Origin: Acidobacteriota bacterium
Lineage (GTDB): Bacteria > Acidobacteriota > UBA6911
Assembly (NCBI GenBank): GCA_963664705.1
Contig: OY761556.1
Coordinates: forward strand, 4,640,001-4,704,000
Direction: 5' to 3'
Length of the DNA: 64,000 nucleotides
The position numbers were made by a program, and so were the translations under genes. This document shows positions 19,363 to 29,997 of this stretch, piece after piece. Each line of letters starts with the position of its first letter. Position 1 is the stretch's first letter. Below the pieces are notes generated by a model that worked only from the letters and a program-made list of their open reading frames with translations, searched no databases and was not told the origin of the DNA.

Positions 19363-22300
19363 ATGAATATGGTAGCCAAAGAAAGCATGAGAAACCCTTC
19401 CGGGGTTCTCTTCACAATACGAATGTGTGGCTGGGTATCGCTTCTTGCGATTGTGTGCGCAGCAGTCGCGCTCGGTCAGGGAGGGCCTACGGGAGCGATC
19501 ACAGGCACTGTCCAGGATTCGACCGGCGGAGTGATCCCGGGCGCATCCGTCAAAATTACCAGCCAGGAAACGGGAGTGATGGAAAGAACTCTTGTTACCG
19601 GCGACACCGGCAGCTTTACGGCAACGTTGCTTCCGGTTGGAAACTATAAAGTAGAGGTCACCATGCCCGGCTTTGCCACGGCCGTCGCATCCAACATCAA
19701 GGTTCGCGTCAGCGAAGTCTCGGGTATGACCGTGACGCTGCAAGTGGGAGAACTGAGTCAGAGCGTTGACGTTGTGGGAGCTCAAGCTGCTGTTCAGCTA
19801 TCGACACCGACCACCGGTCAAACCATTCAAAATGTCGGGACGCTCCCCCTGGCCACTCGAAATTTTCTCTCTTTGCTGGCGCTGTCCACCGGTGCCAGCG
19901 GGGAAATGGCTGACACCACTGCACTGGGACGGGGCGAAGTCGCCATTGAGGTCAACGGGCAGCGAGCCGGCAACAACAACGTCCAGCTTGATGGGATCAA
20001 CGTCAATGATGTGAACGTCCCGGTTTTTGATCAGATTCCACTCCCCAATCCGCAGACGGTCCAGGAATTCAACACGCAGACCTCTTTGTATGATGCGTCA
20101 CAGGGGCGCAACAGCGGAGGGAATGTGCAGGTAACCTTGAAATCCGGAACCGATCACTACCATGGCGATGTGTTTGAGTTCTTTCGCAACGACAAGCTGA
20201 ATGCAAACGACTTTTTCCTGAATCGCAATGGCCAGAACCGTCCGGTGCTCCGCCAGAATCAGTTTGGTTTCTCGCTGGGCGGACCGATTCCAATCGGGTC
20301 CAATTTCTTCTTTTTCGCGAATTACCAGGGGACGCGGGAAGCATCCGGGATTTCCGCCGGGACCACGATTGCGACGACAATCCCCGTGCTTCCGGCCAAC
20401 CGCTCGGCAGCAAATCTACAGTCGCTTTTCTTTCCAAGCGGTCTGCCGTCCGGCGCGAGCGGGCTGGATCCGGTGGCTTTAAGCTTCCTGAATCTGCCGG
20501 CCTCGAAATGTCCTGGTTTCAATGACGGCCAGTTTTGTATTCCATCGCTGGCGGGGACGCCCGGGCTGAGTTCCATGGGCACTATCAACAAGTCCAGCCT
20601 GCAGCTTTCCGGCCTCGGCACCTACGATGACAATCAGTACACCATTGCGATCGACAAGCAGATGGGCACAAAGGATCGCCTGACCGGGCGCTGGTTCAGC
20701 TCGGATTACACGAGCCTGCGCCCGTTTGGCACCGGTTCAAGTCTTGCATTCCCGAAAAGCTTTCCCAATTCCAACCGGTTTCTGAAGCTGGGATGGTCGC
20801 GGGAGTTCTCAGCAACCGTGGTGAATGATGTGCGATTCGGGTATAACCGGCACACATTTCTCGAAGACCCGACGGAGCCAATCCTGCTTAGTGATGTGGG
20901 AGCGGTGCGAGGCAATTCCTCGCAGTTCCCGGCAGCTTATCGCATTAACGTCCAGGGCGGCGGGTCCTTCTCACTTGGAACCGGCGTTAATGACAACCGA
21001 GGCGGCGCGATCAATACCTTTGAAGGTGCGGACGATTTCTCAATGGCCATGGGAAAGCACTCCCTCCGGGCAGGAGTGGTCACGGATCGCTATCAACTGA
21101 ACCGGTTCAATAATTTCTCGTCGCGCGGCAGCGTCACCTTTGGGGATTTTGGCGGCCTGACCGGATTCCAGAATTTCCTGCTGGGAAATGTCATTACGAC
21201 GCAAGGGGCTGCCGGGATTTTCAATAATGCATTTCGAGCCTTCGACGCCGCCGCCTATATCCAGGATGACTGGAAAGCGACGCGGAGGCTGACGTTAAAC
21301 CTTGGCATTCGATGGGAGGGCATGGATACGGCCCACGACATCAATAACGTGCTGTCCAATTTTGCGGGATTGAATGATGGCGAGGCCGGACTAATCCACA
21401 TTATCCATCCGCAAGACGCCGCCAATGTGGGCACTCCGGGAGTCTCCGGATGCACCCTGACAACATGCTTCAGTTGGCGCAACTTTGCCCCGCGCTTTGG
21501 TTTTGCCTGGGACATATTCGGCAACCATAAGACAGCCCTGCGCGGTGGGTATGGGATGTTCTATGATCGGGTTTCGAATCAGATCGCGCTTCAATCCACG
21601 GGCGGATTGCCGTTCCAGGAACTCCTTAGCGCAGCCCCGCTTTCAGTGACGACGCAAAACCCGTTTCCAAACGTTCTCCCGACCTCTGCCTTCCCGCTCC
21701 CAACGGACCAGGTGATTCCAAGTCTTGTTGCCTTTAACGGTTCGAATGGAGCGCCTATCTTTAATTCGTCGGATGGATCTCCAGCATCAGGCTTTTTCAC
21801 CTTTGCGGTACGCGATTTCAGACCGCCCTATGCCCAACAATGGAATCTGACGATTCAGCAGGAGATAGCCCATAACTGGGTTCTCGAACTGGGGTATGTG
21901 GGAACACGTGGTCTATTCCTGCCCGGACCCGGCAATGCGATGAATGCCGGACAGATATGCACAGCCGCGGCTCCTTGCGTTATTCCTGCCAACATCGGTG
22001 CCAATGTCATTGTTCCGAATGGTACGCCGGGAACGATCAAAAACGCCGACGGCAGCATTTCCATCACACAGAGCACAGCGGACAATATCGATGCTCGTGT
22101 TCCGTCGCTGTTCATGGGACTGGCGAACGGACGCGGTCAGTTCACTCAGAATGGGTCGAGTTCCATTTACAATTCCGCGCAGTTAAGCTTGAGCCACCGG
22201 TATAGCAACGGCCTCTATTTCCAGGGGGCGTACACCTTTTCGCGATCCATGGACAATGCCTCCGGTTCAACGCGCCAGGACGAAATCAACGGCAACACGC

Positions 22301-23019
22301 AATTCGGCAGCCTGCTGGATCTTCAAAGCAACCGCGGCCTGTCCGACTTTGACAGGACCCATCGATTGACGGTCAGCTATCAGTATGAGCTTCCTTTTGC
22401 CCGCTGGATGAATCTGCGAAACCAGGGACTGGGGAAGCTTTTCAACGGCTGGTCTATCCTCGGATTGACGACCTTCCAATCCGGAACGCCGTTTATGATC
22501 ATCGACTCCCGTGCCTTGACCCTTCAGGATACGGCCGGCGTTAACGCTCAGAACTTCGCTACGTTGGCGCCTGGGTACAATTTGAACGATGTGATTCCGT
22601 CGGGAAGCGTAAGGGATCGACTGGACAGCTTCATCAATTTGTCCGCTTTCCAGGTTGGCGGCAATTGTGTGAACTCGCAGAATGTTGTTGTCCCTGCCGG
22701 CGATCCGACGTGCACCGGCTTCGCCGCAGTCGGGGATGTTTCCCGCAACCGTTTCCGCGGGCCGTTCCAGCAGAATTGGGACATGTCTTTCATCAAGCAG
22801 ACCAAGGTGACTGAGAAGGTAAATGCGGAATTCCGGGCTGAGTTTTTCAACATCTTCAACCACCCGGCATTCCAGAGTCCGCAGGCAACCAACCTCACCG
22901 GATTCAATCCATTTCAACAGAACTATGGACTGGTGGATGTAGCCTCCGGCGACGCCTCCATTCTCGCAACAGTGAACCGGCCGCGCATCATCCAGTTCGC
23001 CATGAAGATCAATTTCTGA
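19363..23019 (+). CDS. Oar-like TonB-dependent receptor with carboxypeptidase-regulatory-like N-terminal domain
   Basis: GAITGTVQDSTGGVIPGA, LPLATRNF, KSGTDHYHG, RQNQFG, YIQDDWK, APRFGFAW, RAEFFNIFNHP, PRIIQFAMKINF; exact start uncertain. Confidence 0.92.
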   Translation: MNMVAKESMRNPSGVLFTIRMCGWVSLLAIVCAAVALGQGGPTGAITGTVQDSTGGVIPGASVKITSQETGVMERTLVTGDTGSFTATLLPVGNYKVEVTMPGFATAVASNIKVRVSEVSGMTVTLQVGELSQSVDVVGAQAAVQLSTPTTGQTIQNVGTLPLATRNFLSLLALSTGASGEMADTTALGRGEVAIEVNGQRAGNNNVQLDGINVNDVNVPVFDQIPLPNPQTVQEFNTQTSLYDASQGRNSGGNVQVTLKSGTDHYHGDVFEFFRNDKLNANDFFLNRNGQNRPVLRQNQFGFSLGGPIPIGSNFFFFANYQGTREASGISAGTTIATTIPVLPANRSAANLQSLFFPSGLPSGASGLDPVALSFLNLPASKCPGFNDGQFCIPSLAGTPGLSSMGTINKSSLQLSGLGTYDDNQYTIAIDKQMGTKDRLTGRWFSSDYTSLRPFGTGSSLAFPKSFPNSNRFLKLGWSREFSATVVNDVRFGYNRHTFLEDPTEPILLSDVGAVRGNSSQFPAAYRINVQGGGSFSLGTGVNDNRGGAINTFEGADDFSMAMGKHSLRAGVVTDRYQLNRFNNFSSRGSVTFGDFGGLTGFQNFLLGNVITTQGAAGIFNNAFRAFDAAAYIQDDWKATRRLTLNLGIRWEGMDTAHDINNVLSNFAGLNDGEAGLIHIIHPQDAANVGTPGVSGCTLTTCFSWRNFAPRFGFAWDIFGNHKTALRGGYGMFYDRVSNQIALQSTGGLPFQELLSAAPLSVTTQNPFPNVLPTSAFPLPTDQVIPSLVAFNGSNGAPIFNSSDGSPASGFFTFAVRDFRPPYAQQWNLTIQQEIAHNWVLELGYVGTRGLFLPGPGNAMNAGQICTAAAPCVIPANIGANVIVPNGTPGTIKNADGSISITQSTADNIDARVPSLFMGLANGRGQFTQNGSSSIYNSAQLSLSHRYSNGLYFQGAYTFSRSMDNASGSTRQDEINGNTQFGSLLDLQSNRGLSDFDRTHRLTVSYQYELPFARWMNLRNQGLGKLFNGWSILGLTTFQSGTPFMIIDSRALTLQDTAGVNAQNFATLAPGYNLNDVIPSGSVRDRLDSFINLSAFQVGGNCVNSQNVVVPAGDPTCTGFAAVGDVSRNRFRGPFQQNWDMSFIKQTKVTEKVNAEFRAEFFNIFNHPAFQSPQATNLTGFNPFQQNYGLVDVASGDASILATVNRPRIIQFAMKINF

Positions 23020-23040
23020 GGAGGAGATGCAGCGGGTTAA

Positions 23041-23070
23041 TCGGGAGGGGCCTGAAAAGGCTCCTCCCGA
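23041..23070 (+). terminator. Strong intergenic hairpin (terminator or mRNA-stabilising stem)
   Basis: TCGGGAGGGGCCT-GAAA-AGGCTCCTCCCGA; no clear U-tract. Confidence 0.5.
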
Positions 23071-23100
23071 TCCGCAACCTGCATTTCTGGAAAGGAGAAA

Positions 23101-23856
23101 ATGTTGTTCGAATCTCTAAACACTCCAAAGCCTCTGAGGAAAAGGATTCTCACACTTGTGATATCGATCATCCTTCACGGGATAGGTATTATCGCCGTCG
23201 TGATCATCCCGTTGATCTTTCATGACTCGCTTCCCCAATTCGCGCTGCTAACATTCCTGTCCCCGCCGATGTACTTTGCTCCACCGCCACCGCCTCCGCC
23301 GTCACCGCGCGTTGTGACCAGGCCCAGGGATATCAACACGACATACTCGGTTCCCAAGGAATTGCCGCGAACCATTCCGCCACCCGATACCGCGCCACCG
23401 CCTATAAACGCCCCTATATCCAATATGGACAGCATTGGCAGCGCTGCGGGATCGGTTGTTGGCGTGCCGGGAGGAATCCCTGGAGGGTTGGCAGAAAATC
23501 CTCTCCCTCCTCCGCCTCCGCCTCCAACCGTCAAACTGCCGCCGGAACCGCCTCCAAAGGCTGTCTCAAAACCGATCTACGTGGGCGGAGATATTCAGGA
23601 AGCAAAGCTGATTTACAAACAGCCGGTCGTCTATCCCGACCTTGCACTGAAGGCGCGGATTACCGGGATCGTACTACTGCGGATCACTGTTGATGAAGAA
23701 GGGAAGGTGGCGGATGTCAAAGTTATAAGCGGCCATCCGGTGCTGGTGCCGGCGGCCGTGGAAGCCGTAAGTCATTGGAAGTATTCGCCTACGATGCTGA
23801 ATGGTCAGGCGGTCCGCGTCATCGCAACGGTAGCGGTGAATTTTGCGCTGCGCTAG
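23101..23856 (+). CDS. tonB: Energy transducer TonB
   Basis: N-terminal TM helix with SxxxH, Pro-rich linker, C-terminal YPDLALKARITGIVLLRITVDEEGKV. Confidence 0.9.
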   Translation: MLFESLNTPKPLRKRILTLVISIILHGIGIIAVVIIPLIFHDSLPQFALLTFLSPPMYFAPPPPPPPSPRVVTRPRDINTTYSVPKELPRTIPPPDTAPPPINAPISNMDSIGSAAGSVVGVPGGIPGGLAENPLPPPPPPPTVKLPPEPPPKAVSKPIYVGGDIQEAKLIYKQPVVYPDLALKARITGIVLLRITVDEEGKVADVKVISGHPVLVPAAVEAVSHWKYSPTMLNGQAVRVIATVAVNFALR

Positions 23857-23922
23857 ACGCCGCTCGTGAAATCCGTGGCTGACTGTTGTGTCGCAGACTC
23901 CACGAAGCCTGCCACTTGCTCA

Positions 23923-24264
23923 TCAGGCCACGAGACTGTTACTGTCTTTGATCTGGCGGCGCAATACATCGTGAATCAGATTACAGGCCTGCTTCACTTC
24001 CGGAATTGAGAGAGAACAGAAGACCCGCTTCCCTTCCCTGTGGGTATTGATCACGCCCGCGGACTTGAGTATCGCAAGGTGTTGCGAGATGTTTGGGACC
24101 GAAATCCCAAGCATTTGCTGCAACTCCGCCACTGACCAGTCCTGCTTCCCCAATTGATGCAGGATAAAAAGACGGATCGGATTTGCAAACGCTTTACAGA
24201 TCCTGGATTGTCTCTCGAAGATCTCCCAGTCGGGCTGTTCCTTTTTGGCTTTTTCCTTCTTCAT
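23923..24264 (-). CDS. ArsR/SmtB-family transcriptional regulator
   Basis: KAFANPIRLFIL, SVAEL, ISQHLAILKSAG, REGK wing. Confidence 0.92.
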   Translation of the reverse strand: MKKEKAKKEQPDWEIFERQSRICKAFANPIRLFILHQLGKQDWSVAELQQMLGISVPNISQHLAILKSAGVINTHREGKRVFCSLSIPEVKQACNLIHDVLRRQIKDSNSLVA

Positions 24265-24497
24265 TGCTCAGTTGCTCCTGGAAGCCATAGATTACCACTC
24301 CTTGGCCGGTTCTGCATCGAAGATCCACATTATCTGAATGTGCTTCGCTCTTGCTCTCCTGAGCGCGGCCCAGGGCCGCAGCCATGACAAATACCATTAC
24401 TGCGAATAGAATTGGCCTTCCGTAACGCATGAAGGTAGCCGCTATTGTGAGTTCACCGCGTATACAATATTTCCGATCTGATGAGGCTGTTTTTATC

Positions 24498-24523
24498 ATT
24501 AGTTGCGATAGTTCGCAAGTAAT
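24498..24523. promoter_or_regulatory. 10-6-10 palindromic operator ATTAGTTGCG-N6-CGCAAGTAAT
   Basis: Near-perfect inverted repeat between the divergent ArsR and cytochrome c genes; same motif recurs at 62465-62490. Confidence 0.65.
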
Positions 24524-24654
24524 ATTTTTAACAAGTCAGATAGTTGCTATTAGTTTTGCATGGCGTCGGGAATTTATTTTGATCGTGGATATGGTATAAA
24601 ATCAGTCCGGGCTCCGATGGGGCCCGGACTATTGTTGATACGGGAGAAGATAAA

Positions 24655-24957
24655 ATGAAGAAGTTATGCATCCTCGCGGCCGTTGCTGTTTGTATTGCGA
24701 CCGCTGCCTTCGTGCTTTCTGCAGAAAATGGGGCAGCCCTCTACGACTCAAAATGCTCGATGTGTCATGGCGACAAGGGAGAGGGCAATCCCGGCGCGGG
24801 TCTGCCGGCAGTCAAGGGAACATCCTTTACCGCGGAAAAGCTGGTTGCCTACATTACGAAAGGGGACAAAAGTAAAACCATCCATGCAGAGCCGGTCGGC
24901 GATCTCAATGAAGACCAGGCGAAAACTCTTGCCGAATTCATAAAAAAGATGAAATAG
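24655..24957 (+). CDS. Periplasmic monoheme class I cytochrome c (c553-like)
   Basis: Signal peptide, GAALYDSKCSMCHGDKGEG; GGAG RBS. Confidence 0.9.
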   Translation: MKKLCILAAVAVCIATAAFVLSAENGAALYDSKCSMCHGDKGEGNPGAGLPAVKGTSFTAEKLVAYITKGDKSKTIHAEPVGDLNEDQAKTLAEFIKKMK

Positions 24958-25023
24958 ACCTGGACCTTACCTCGAAGCCTCAAGACCCGTGGCAACGGGA
25001 TTTTGAGCCTTCGAGGATGCCGG

Positions 25024-25725
25024 TCAATCGATCTTGCTGCGCAGTCTTCTGTAGTAGGATCCGGATTGATACAGAGCCGCCAGCGGGTTATGCCCCAGCA
25101 CTCTGTCCTTTACAGCCAACACCGTCAGCGGCACTTCGCAATATTTGATAAACAATGTATCGTGCCCGATGCAAAGTCCAAGCAGGATGGCCATATCCAC
25201 CCTGGCACGATTCAGAATCAGGGCCTGGGCAATAGGATTGCACATGCTCTCCCACTTATCCGGTCCCGCAATTTTCTCCTCGGCTCTGATGCCGATCTCT
25301 TCTTTCGGTACACAACCGGCCTTGCATTGAACGGAAAATACTTCAAAATCATTTTCTTCCAAAATGTCCGTCAAAACAGCTGCCTCTCTTGCCAACCCGC
25401 CGCAATGGGCGATCCCCAGCGTTTTATAGCTGCACTTTCTGGCAAACTGAATGAGCTCTTCGATGCGAGGCAGCTTTGCCCTGATACCATCCGAAAGTCG
25501 TTCAAAGCACTGAAACTCCTGAACGGATGCCAGCCGGGCAAATTCCTTAATTGCGGCTTTGTCGTATTCAACGGCAGCCTCGGCAAACACATCCGGCATC
25601 ACCTTCATGGGACAATAGGGCGGATACTGTTCGGGCAAGGGCGCTGCATCTTCCGCTGAAGCTCCCCGTTTTTCACATATTTTCACCGAACATCGCGCGC
25701 ATTGAAGGCTTCTTTTCTCTTCCAT
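25024..25725 (-). CDS. DUF1847-family Cys-rich metal-binding protein
   Basis: PRIEELI, GIAHCGGL, CNPIAQA, GLCIGHD, VKDRVLGHNPL. Confidence 0.85.
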   Translation of the reverse strand: MEEKRSLQCARCSVKICEKRGASAEDAAPLPEQYPPYCPMKVMPDVFAEAAVEYDKAAIKEFARLASVQEFQCFERLSDGIRAKLPRIEELIQFARKCSYKTLGIAHCGGLAREAAVLTDILEENDFEVFSVQCKAGCVPKEEIGIRAEEKIAGPDKWESMCNPIAQALILNRARVDMAILLGLCIGHDTLFIKYCEVPLTVLAVKDRVLGHNPLAALYQSGSYYRRLRSKID

Positions 25726-25787
25726 CGGCTCATCCTATTCTGTGAAAAGCCTCAACGACCTCATTTGGCCGGGCCCGCGGCAAATAC

Positions 25788-26624
25788 TCAATCGAATTCG
25801 ACAATACTGCCAGCCTTGCAAAAAATAAATTCATCCCCAAATTGTTGAGACAAAAAGCTCATTGCTCTGAGATCCGTGCAATGGCATAAGCCCATCATCC
25901 GGACTCCAAACTCGCGCAAAGCAGCCACGGTTTGCAGGATTTGCTCCTGTTGAGCATCGAGGAGGTGCGATCCGCCGATTACCGCCAGTATCCGCGCTTC
26001 CCCGGTCAAACTCATCGCGTGCAACAAAGTATTCACCAACCCTCTGTGCGCACAACCTAAAAGCACTACTAAACCGCGGGCCGTTTTAACGATGAGTGCC
26101 TGGTCGTCCATTACCGGATCAGGTCGCAAACCGCCTTCATCTCTAACAAAAAGAGCGGAGTCTACCGCTTCGAATTCAGTAACCAGCGGGATCTCACCGG
26201 TTGTTACCATCGACCGGCTAATCTGAACTGGCCCTTTACTCGGAACAAACTCGGCACCCAGATTTTCCAGCTCCGCACGCGAAAATGGAATGCCTATATA
26301 CTTTCCCTGCTCCCCTTTCCGGAGTGAGAACTTGGCTTGCCATACATCGGGATGCGCAATTATCTCGATTTTCCTTCGCATCCGACGCAATACGTCATGC
26401 AATCCGCCCGTATGATCGAAATGGCCGTGACTGAGAACTATCTTGCTGACGCACCGCAGATCTATGCCGAGAGTATCGGCATTATACACACAGGAACTCC
26501 CTTTCCCCGCATCCAGAAGAACATTCCCTTCATCCGATTCAATGAGAATGCTCAGACCCCACTCCCCAATGTAATCTCCCATCGAGGCATTATTTTCGCT
26601 TAGCATTGTTACCCGTATTCCCAT
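25788..26624 (-). CDS. MBL-fold metallo-hydrolase (DHPS-like subgroup)
   Basis: EWGLS, SHGHFDHTGG, DDQAL, GCAHRG, GGSHL, HCT. Confidence 0.88.
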   Translation of the reverse strand: MGIRVTMLSENNASMGDYIGEWGLSILIESDEGNVLLDAGKGSSCVYNADTLGIDLRCVSKIVLSHGHFDHTGGLHDVLRRMRRKIEIIAHPDVWQAKFSLRKGEQGKYIGIPFSRAELENLGAEFVPSKGPVQISRSMVTTGEIPLVTEFEAVDSALFVRDEGGLRPDPVMDDQALIVKTARGLVVLLGCAHRGLVNTLLHAMSLTGEARILAVIGGSHLLDAQQEQILQTVAALREFGVRMMGLCHCTDLRAMSFLSQQFGDEFIFCKAGSIVEFD

Positions 26625-26742
26625 ACCTCTCCCTGGGGCAGGACCGAAACATATCCATTATCTACAGCGACTTATTCCAATATAGGGCACTAAACTCTAT
26701 TTTCGCCCTAATTATCTGTACGGTTGATATCCTTAGGTTCGG

Positions 26743-27681
26743 TCAATCCGACCCTGCGACTGTCGGGTATCCCTTGCTGCGCCAGGCGTCCAGACCACCC
26801 TCCAGCGGACGGACGGGGTGAATCCCTTTACGCTTCAAAAGCAGCGCCACCCGTGCGCTCGTCGCCTCATTGGGTCACGTGCAGTAAAGAACCACCTCAC
26901 GATGGCGGGCAAACAGGGCACTTCCTTTTCCCACCTTCGATGCATCCATGCGAACGGCGCCGGGAATCATTTCCGGATCCTCATCGAAATCCAACGCGTC
27001 GCGCAAATCGATAATCACCGGGCGCTCGCCCTCGTCCAGTCGGCTCTTGAGCTCTTCCACGCTCATTCGGGCAACCCGCAACTTTTGCACGAATCTCCGG
27101 CGGGAGAAATATTTGTAGAAAATATACCCGGCCAATCCCAACCCTGCCAAAGCCACCAGTTTCCCGGCCAGAATCCCAACGACCTGGATAGCGCGCAGAA
27201 ACTCCTCGCTGAGCAGGTAGCCCATTCCGAGAAACACGCTGGACCAGATGAGAGTTCCGGTAATATCAAAAAGCAGGAAGCGCCGAAGCTTCATATTGAT
27301 CGCACCGGCCAGAGGCGAAGCCGCCGCGTTGAGTCCGGGAAAAAATTTTGATATCAGCAAGGACCGTGCGCCCTGCTTTAAATAGATCTCCGTTGTCCTG
27401 CGTACGCAGGAATCCGGCTCCAGCGAAATCCGGCACAAGAGCTTGAGGATCTTTTTCCCTTTTAGCCGTCCAAGGTAATACCAGATCAGATCGGCAGCGA
27501 CCGCGGCAAAAACGACGCTGGCGAATATCCTCGTCAAGTCCATCCGCCCTCTTCCCGCAAGAGCACCAGCCGACAGCAGCACAGGGATTGAGGGGATCGG
27601 GAAACCCAACTGTTCCGCAAATATCCATGCAACAATCAGACTGTAGCCATGATGAAAGAGAAAATCCGCAATAGAACTCAT
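26743..27681 (-). CDS. DedA(VTT)-rhodanese fusion, probable selenoprotein (UGA at 26875-26877 read as Sec)
   Basis: DedA domain, then rhodanese (IIDLRD, IPGA, VVLYCT-UGA-PNEATSARVALLLKRKGIHPVRPLEGGLDAW); frame continues 43 codons past the UGA and completes the domain. Confidence 0.82.
26843..26859 (-). promoter_or_regulatory. Candidate bacterial SECIS hairpin
   Basis: AGCG-CA-CGGG-UG-G-CGCU stem-loop starting 15 nt after the in-frame UGA. Confidence 0.5.
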
Positions 27682-27987
27682 CAAGACTGTATACCCCGCA
27701 GAACCGAATGATTCAAATTACATTTTCGTGATCCACCAGCGTGTGCATCGAATGCCCCTGGGGATGAACTAACACGGATGAACTCGACATCGTTCTGGCC
27801 CTGGCCAGGACAAGGAATTCCCTAAGAAACACCTAAGCCGGGCCGATATATCAAAGACAGTGCTTCCAGCACAAGCAACAGCAGGTTCTTTAGCAGCAGG
27901 CAGCTTGGATTCGGGGCATTGCATATCCTGCAGCGCATCATTGACGCTGTTCCGCAGGACATACATCCGAGATCTTGGAGAGGACTC

Positions 27988-29997
27988 ATGCGCCTAAAAG
28001 TCAGTCAGAAGATATTCATCATCGGGATGGTTCCCCTGATTGCGTTTATCGGCTTTGCCGCATTCCATATCTGGCGCAGCCTGGATGAATCTACCACGAT
28101 GCAGACGATGCTGCTCAACATCGATCTGGTCAAAGCTGCATCCTCTACGATTAACGATGTTCAGCGCGAGCGCGGGCGCACCGCCTTGTTTCTTTCAGGC
28201 ACGAGCAAGTTCGAGGAGGTTGAGGCACTACGAAAGACTACGGACCAGCACATGTCCGAACTCCTGCAGACTCTCTCGCATGCAAAAATACCGGACGAAG
28301 CCAAGCAGCCAGGCGCCGATATCGCCGCCAGGCTGGAATCCATGCGCCTCGAGTATAACCGACCCAATTCAGGCCTGCGCAAACAGGAAATCCGCCAGTA
28401 TACCGAATTCATAAAAACCCTGCTGCAGCTGCAAACAGGGGCGGCCAACGCCAAAACAACAAGAGGTTTCGGAAAGGTGCTGTCAAGCCTTACGCTGCTG
28501 GAAGCTGCCAAGGAAAGCGCAGGTCAGTTGCGGGCCTGGGGATCCAGCATTCTGGCCGAAGACAAGCCGCTCGGCGATGAGGAATTCTCAATCGTACTAA
28601 AACTAAAGGCGGAAACCGATGCCCACCTTGCGTCCCCGGCCCTTATTTTGAAAAAGGAAACCTCCACAAAACTGAAAGAGCTCTCGAAATCGGAATCGTG
28701 GGTTGAAACCGACAATATCCTGAAAACCATAATTTCAAAATCACGCACCGGGAATTATGGGATTTCAGGCAATACCTTTTTCTCAACAATTTCAAACAAG
28801 CTGGACGGGATTTCCGCGCTGGTAACGATGGAAATGGAGGCAATGTCAAGCCAGCTCAAATCCGATGCGGCGGACGTGCGCCAGAGCCAACTTGCGGTAT
28901 GGGCTACGGCGATCATAATCTGTGCATTTACCATCGCCATTATCTGGATATTCACCAAAGACACCATCAACCGGCTGAAAACATTGACCGCCTCGTTAAG
29001 AGATATTTCCGAAGGCGAAGGCAATCTGACCGTAAGACTGGATGCATCCGCGCAAGACGAAATAGGAATGCTATCCGCATATTTCAATAAGTTCGTTGAA
29101 AAGATCCAGAAACTGGTGGGCGGCATTGTGGAACAAACTCACACTCTTGCCTCAACAGCCCAGGTTCTGACCGGGGTTGCAAGTCATGTCTCCTCACGAT
29201 CCACGGAAACAACGGACCGCACCTCAACGGTTGCGGCGGCAGCGGAAGAAATGAGCGCCAACACCGCATCCGTAGCTTCGGGAGTGGAACAGGCAAGCAC
29301 AAATCTTACCTCTGTGGCCTGTGCCACCGAGGAAATGAGCGCAACCGTATCGGAGATTGCGGCCAACTCTGAGAAAGCCAGAGCCATCACGGAGCAGGCT
29401 TCCAATCAGGCTCAAAGCATCTCCTCTTTGATGGAGGAATTTGGGCGGGCGGCACGCGAAATCGGCAAGGTCGTCGAAACCATCACCGATATTTCCTCCC
29501 AAACAAACCTGCTGGCTCTCAACGCCACGATCGAAGCGGCCAGAGCGGGTGAAGCGGGGAAAGGATTTGCCGTTGTTGCCAACGAAATCAAGGAACTGGC
29601 GCGACAGACTGCGGCTGCGACTGAAGACATCAAAACCAAAATCACGGGAGTTCAAACCTCTTCCGGCAGTGCCATCTCGGATATCGAAAAGATCGTGGGC
29701 GTGATCAATGAAATCGGTGGAATCGTCACAGCCATTGCTGCTGCAATCGAGCAACAGGCGACGGTCACCAAAGAAGTGGCGGGCAATATCAGCCGGGCAA
29801 CAGAAGGCGTCAAAGATGCAAGCGATCGAGTGGGTCAAACGGCATCCGTTTCAAAATCCATTGCGCAGGATATCTCCAGCGTCAATGCAGCGGTGGAGGC
29901 AATCGCACAAAACGGCCAACAGGTCCAGGCCAGCGCCAGAGAGCTGTCCACACTTGCAGAACGCCTGAATACTCTGGCCGCTCAATTCAGTATCTAA
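27988..29997 (+). CDS. Methyl-accepting chemotaxis protein with NIT (nitrate/nitrite-sensing)-like domain
   Basis: TM, VQRERG...[10 protein letters not shown] (NIT), TM, HAMP (DEIG), [34 protein letters not shown]. Confidence 0.92.
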   Translation: MRLKVSQKIFIIGMVPLIAFIGFAAFHIWRSLDESTTMQTMLLNIDLVKAASSTINDVQRERGRTALFLSGTSKFEEVEALRKTTDQHMSELLQTLSHAKIPDEAKQPGADIAARLESMRLEYNRPNSGLRKQEIRQYTEFIKTLLQLQTGAANAKTTRGFGKVLSSLTLLEAAKESAGQLRAWGSSILAEDKPLGDEEFSIVLKLKAETDAHLASPALILKKETSTKLKELSKSESWVETDNILKTIISKSRTGNYGISGNTFFSTISNKLDGISALVTMEMEAMSSQLKSDAADVRQSQLAVWATAIIICAFTIAIIWIFTKDTINRLKTLTASLRDISEGEGNLTVRLDASAQDEIGMLSAYFNKFVEKIQKLVGGIVEQTHTLASTAQVLTGVASHVSSRSTETTDRTSTVAAAAEEMSANTASVASGVEQASTNLTSVACATEEMSATVSEIAANSEKARAITEQASNQAQSISSLMEEFGRAAREIGKVVETITDISSQTNLLALNATIEAARAGEAGKGFAVVANEIKELARQTAAATEDIKTKITGVQTSSGSAISDIEKIVGVINEIGGIVTAIAAAIEQQATVTKEVAGNISRATEGVKDASDRVGQTASVSKSIAQDISSVNAAVEAIAQNGQQVQASARELSTLAERLNTLAAQFSI

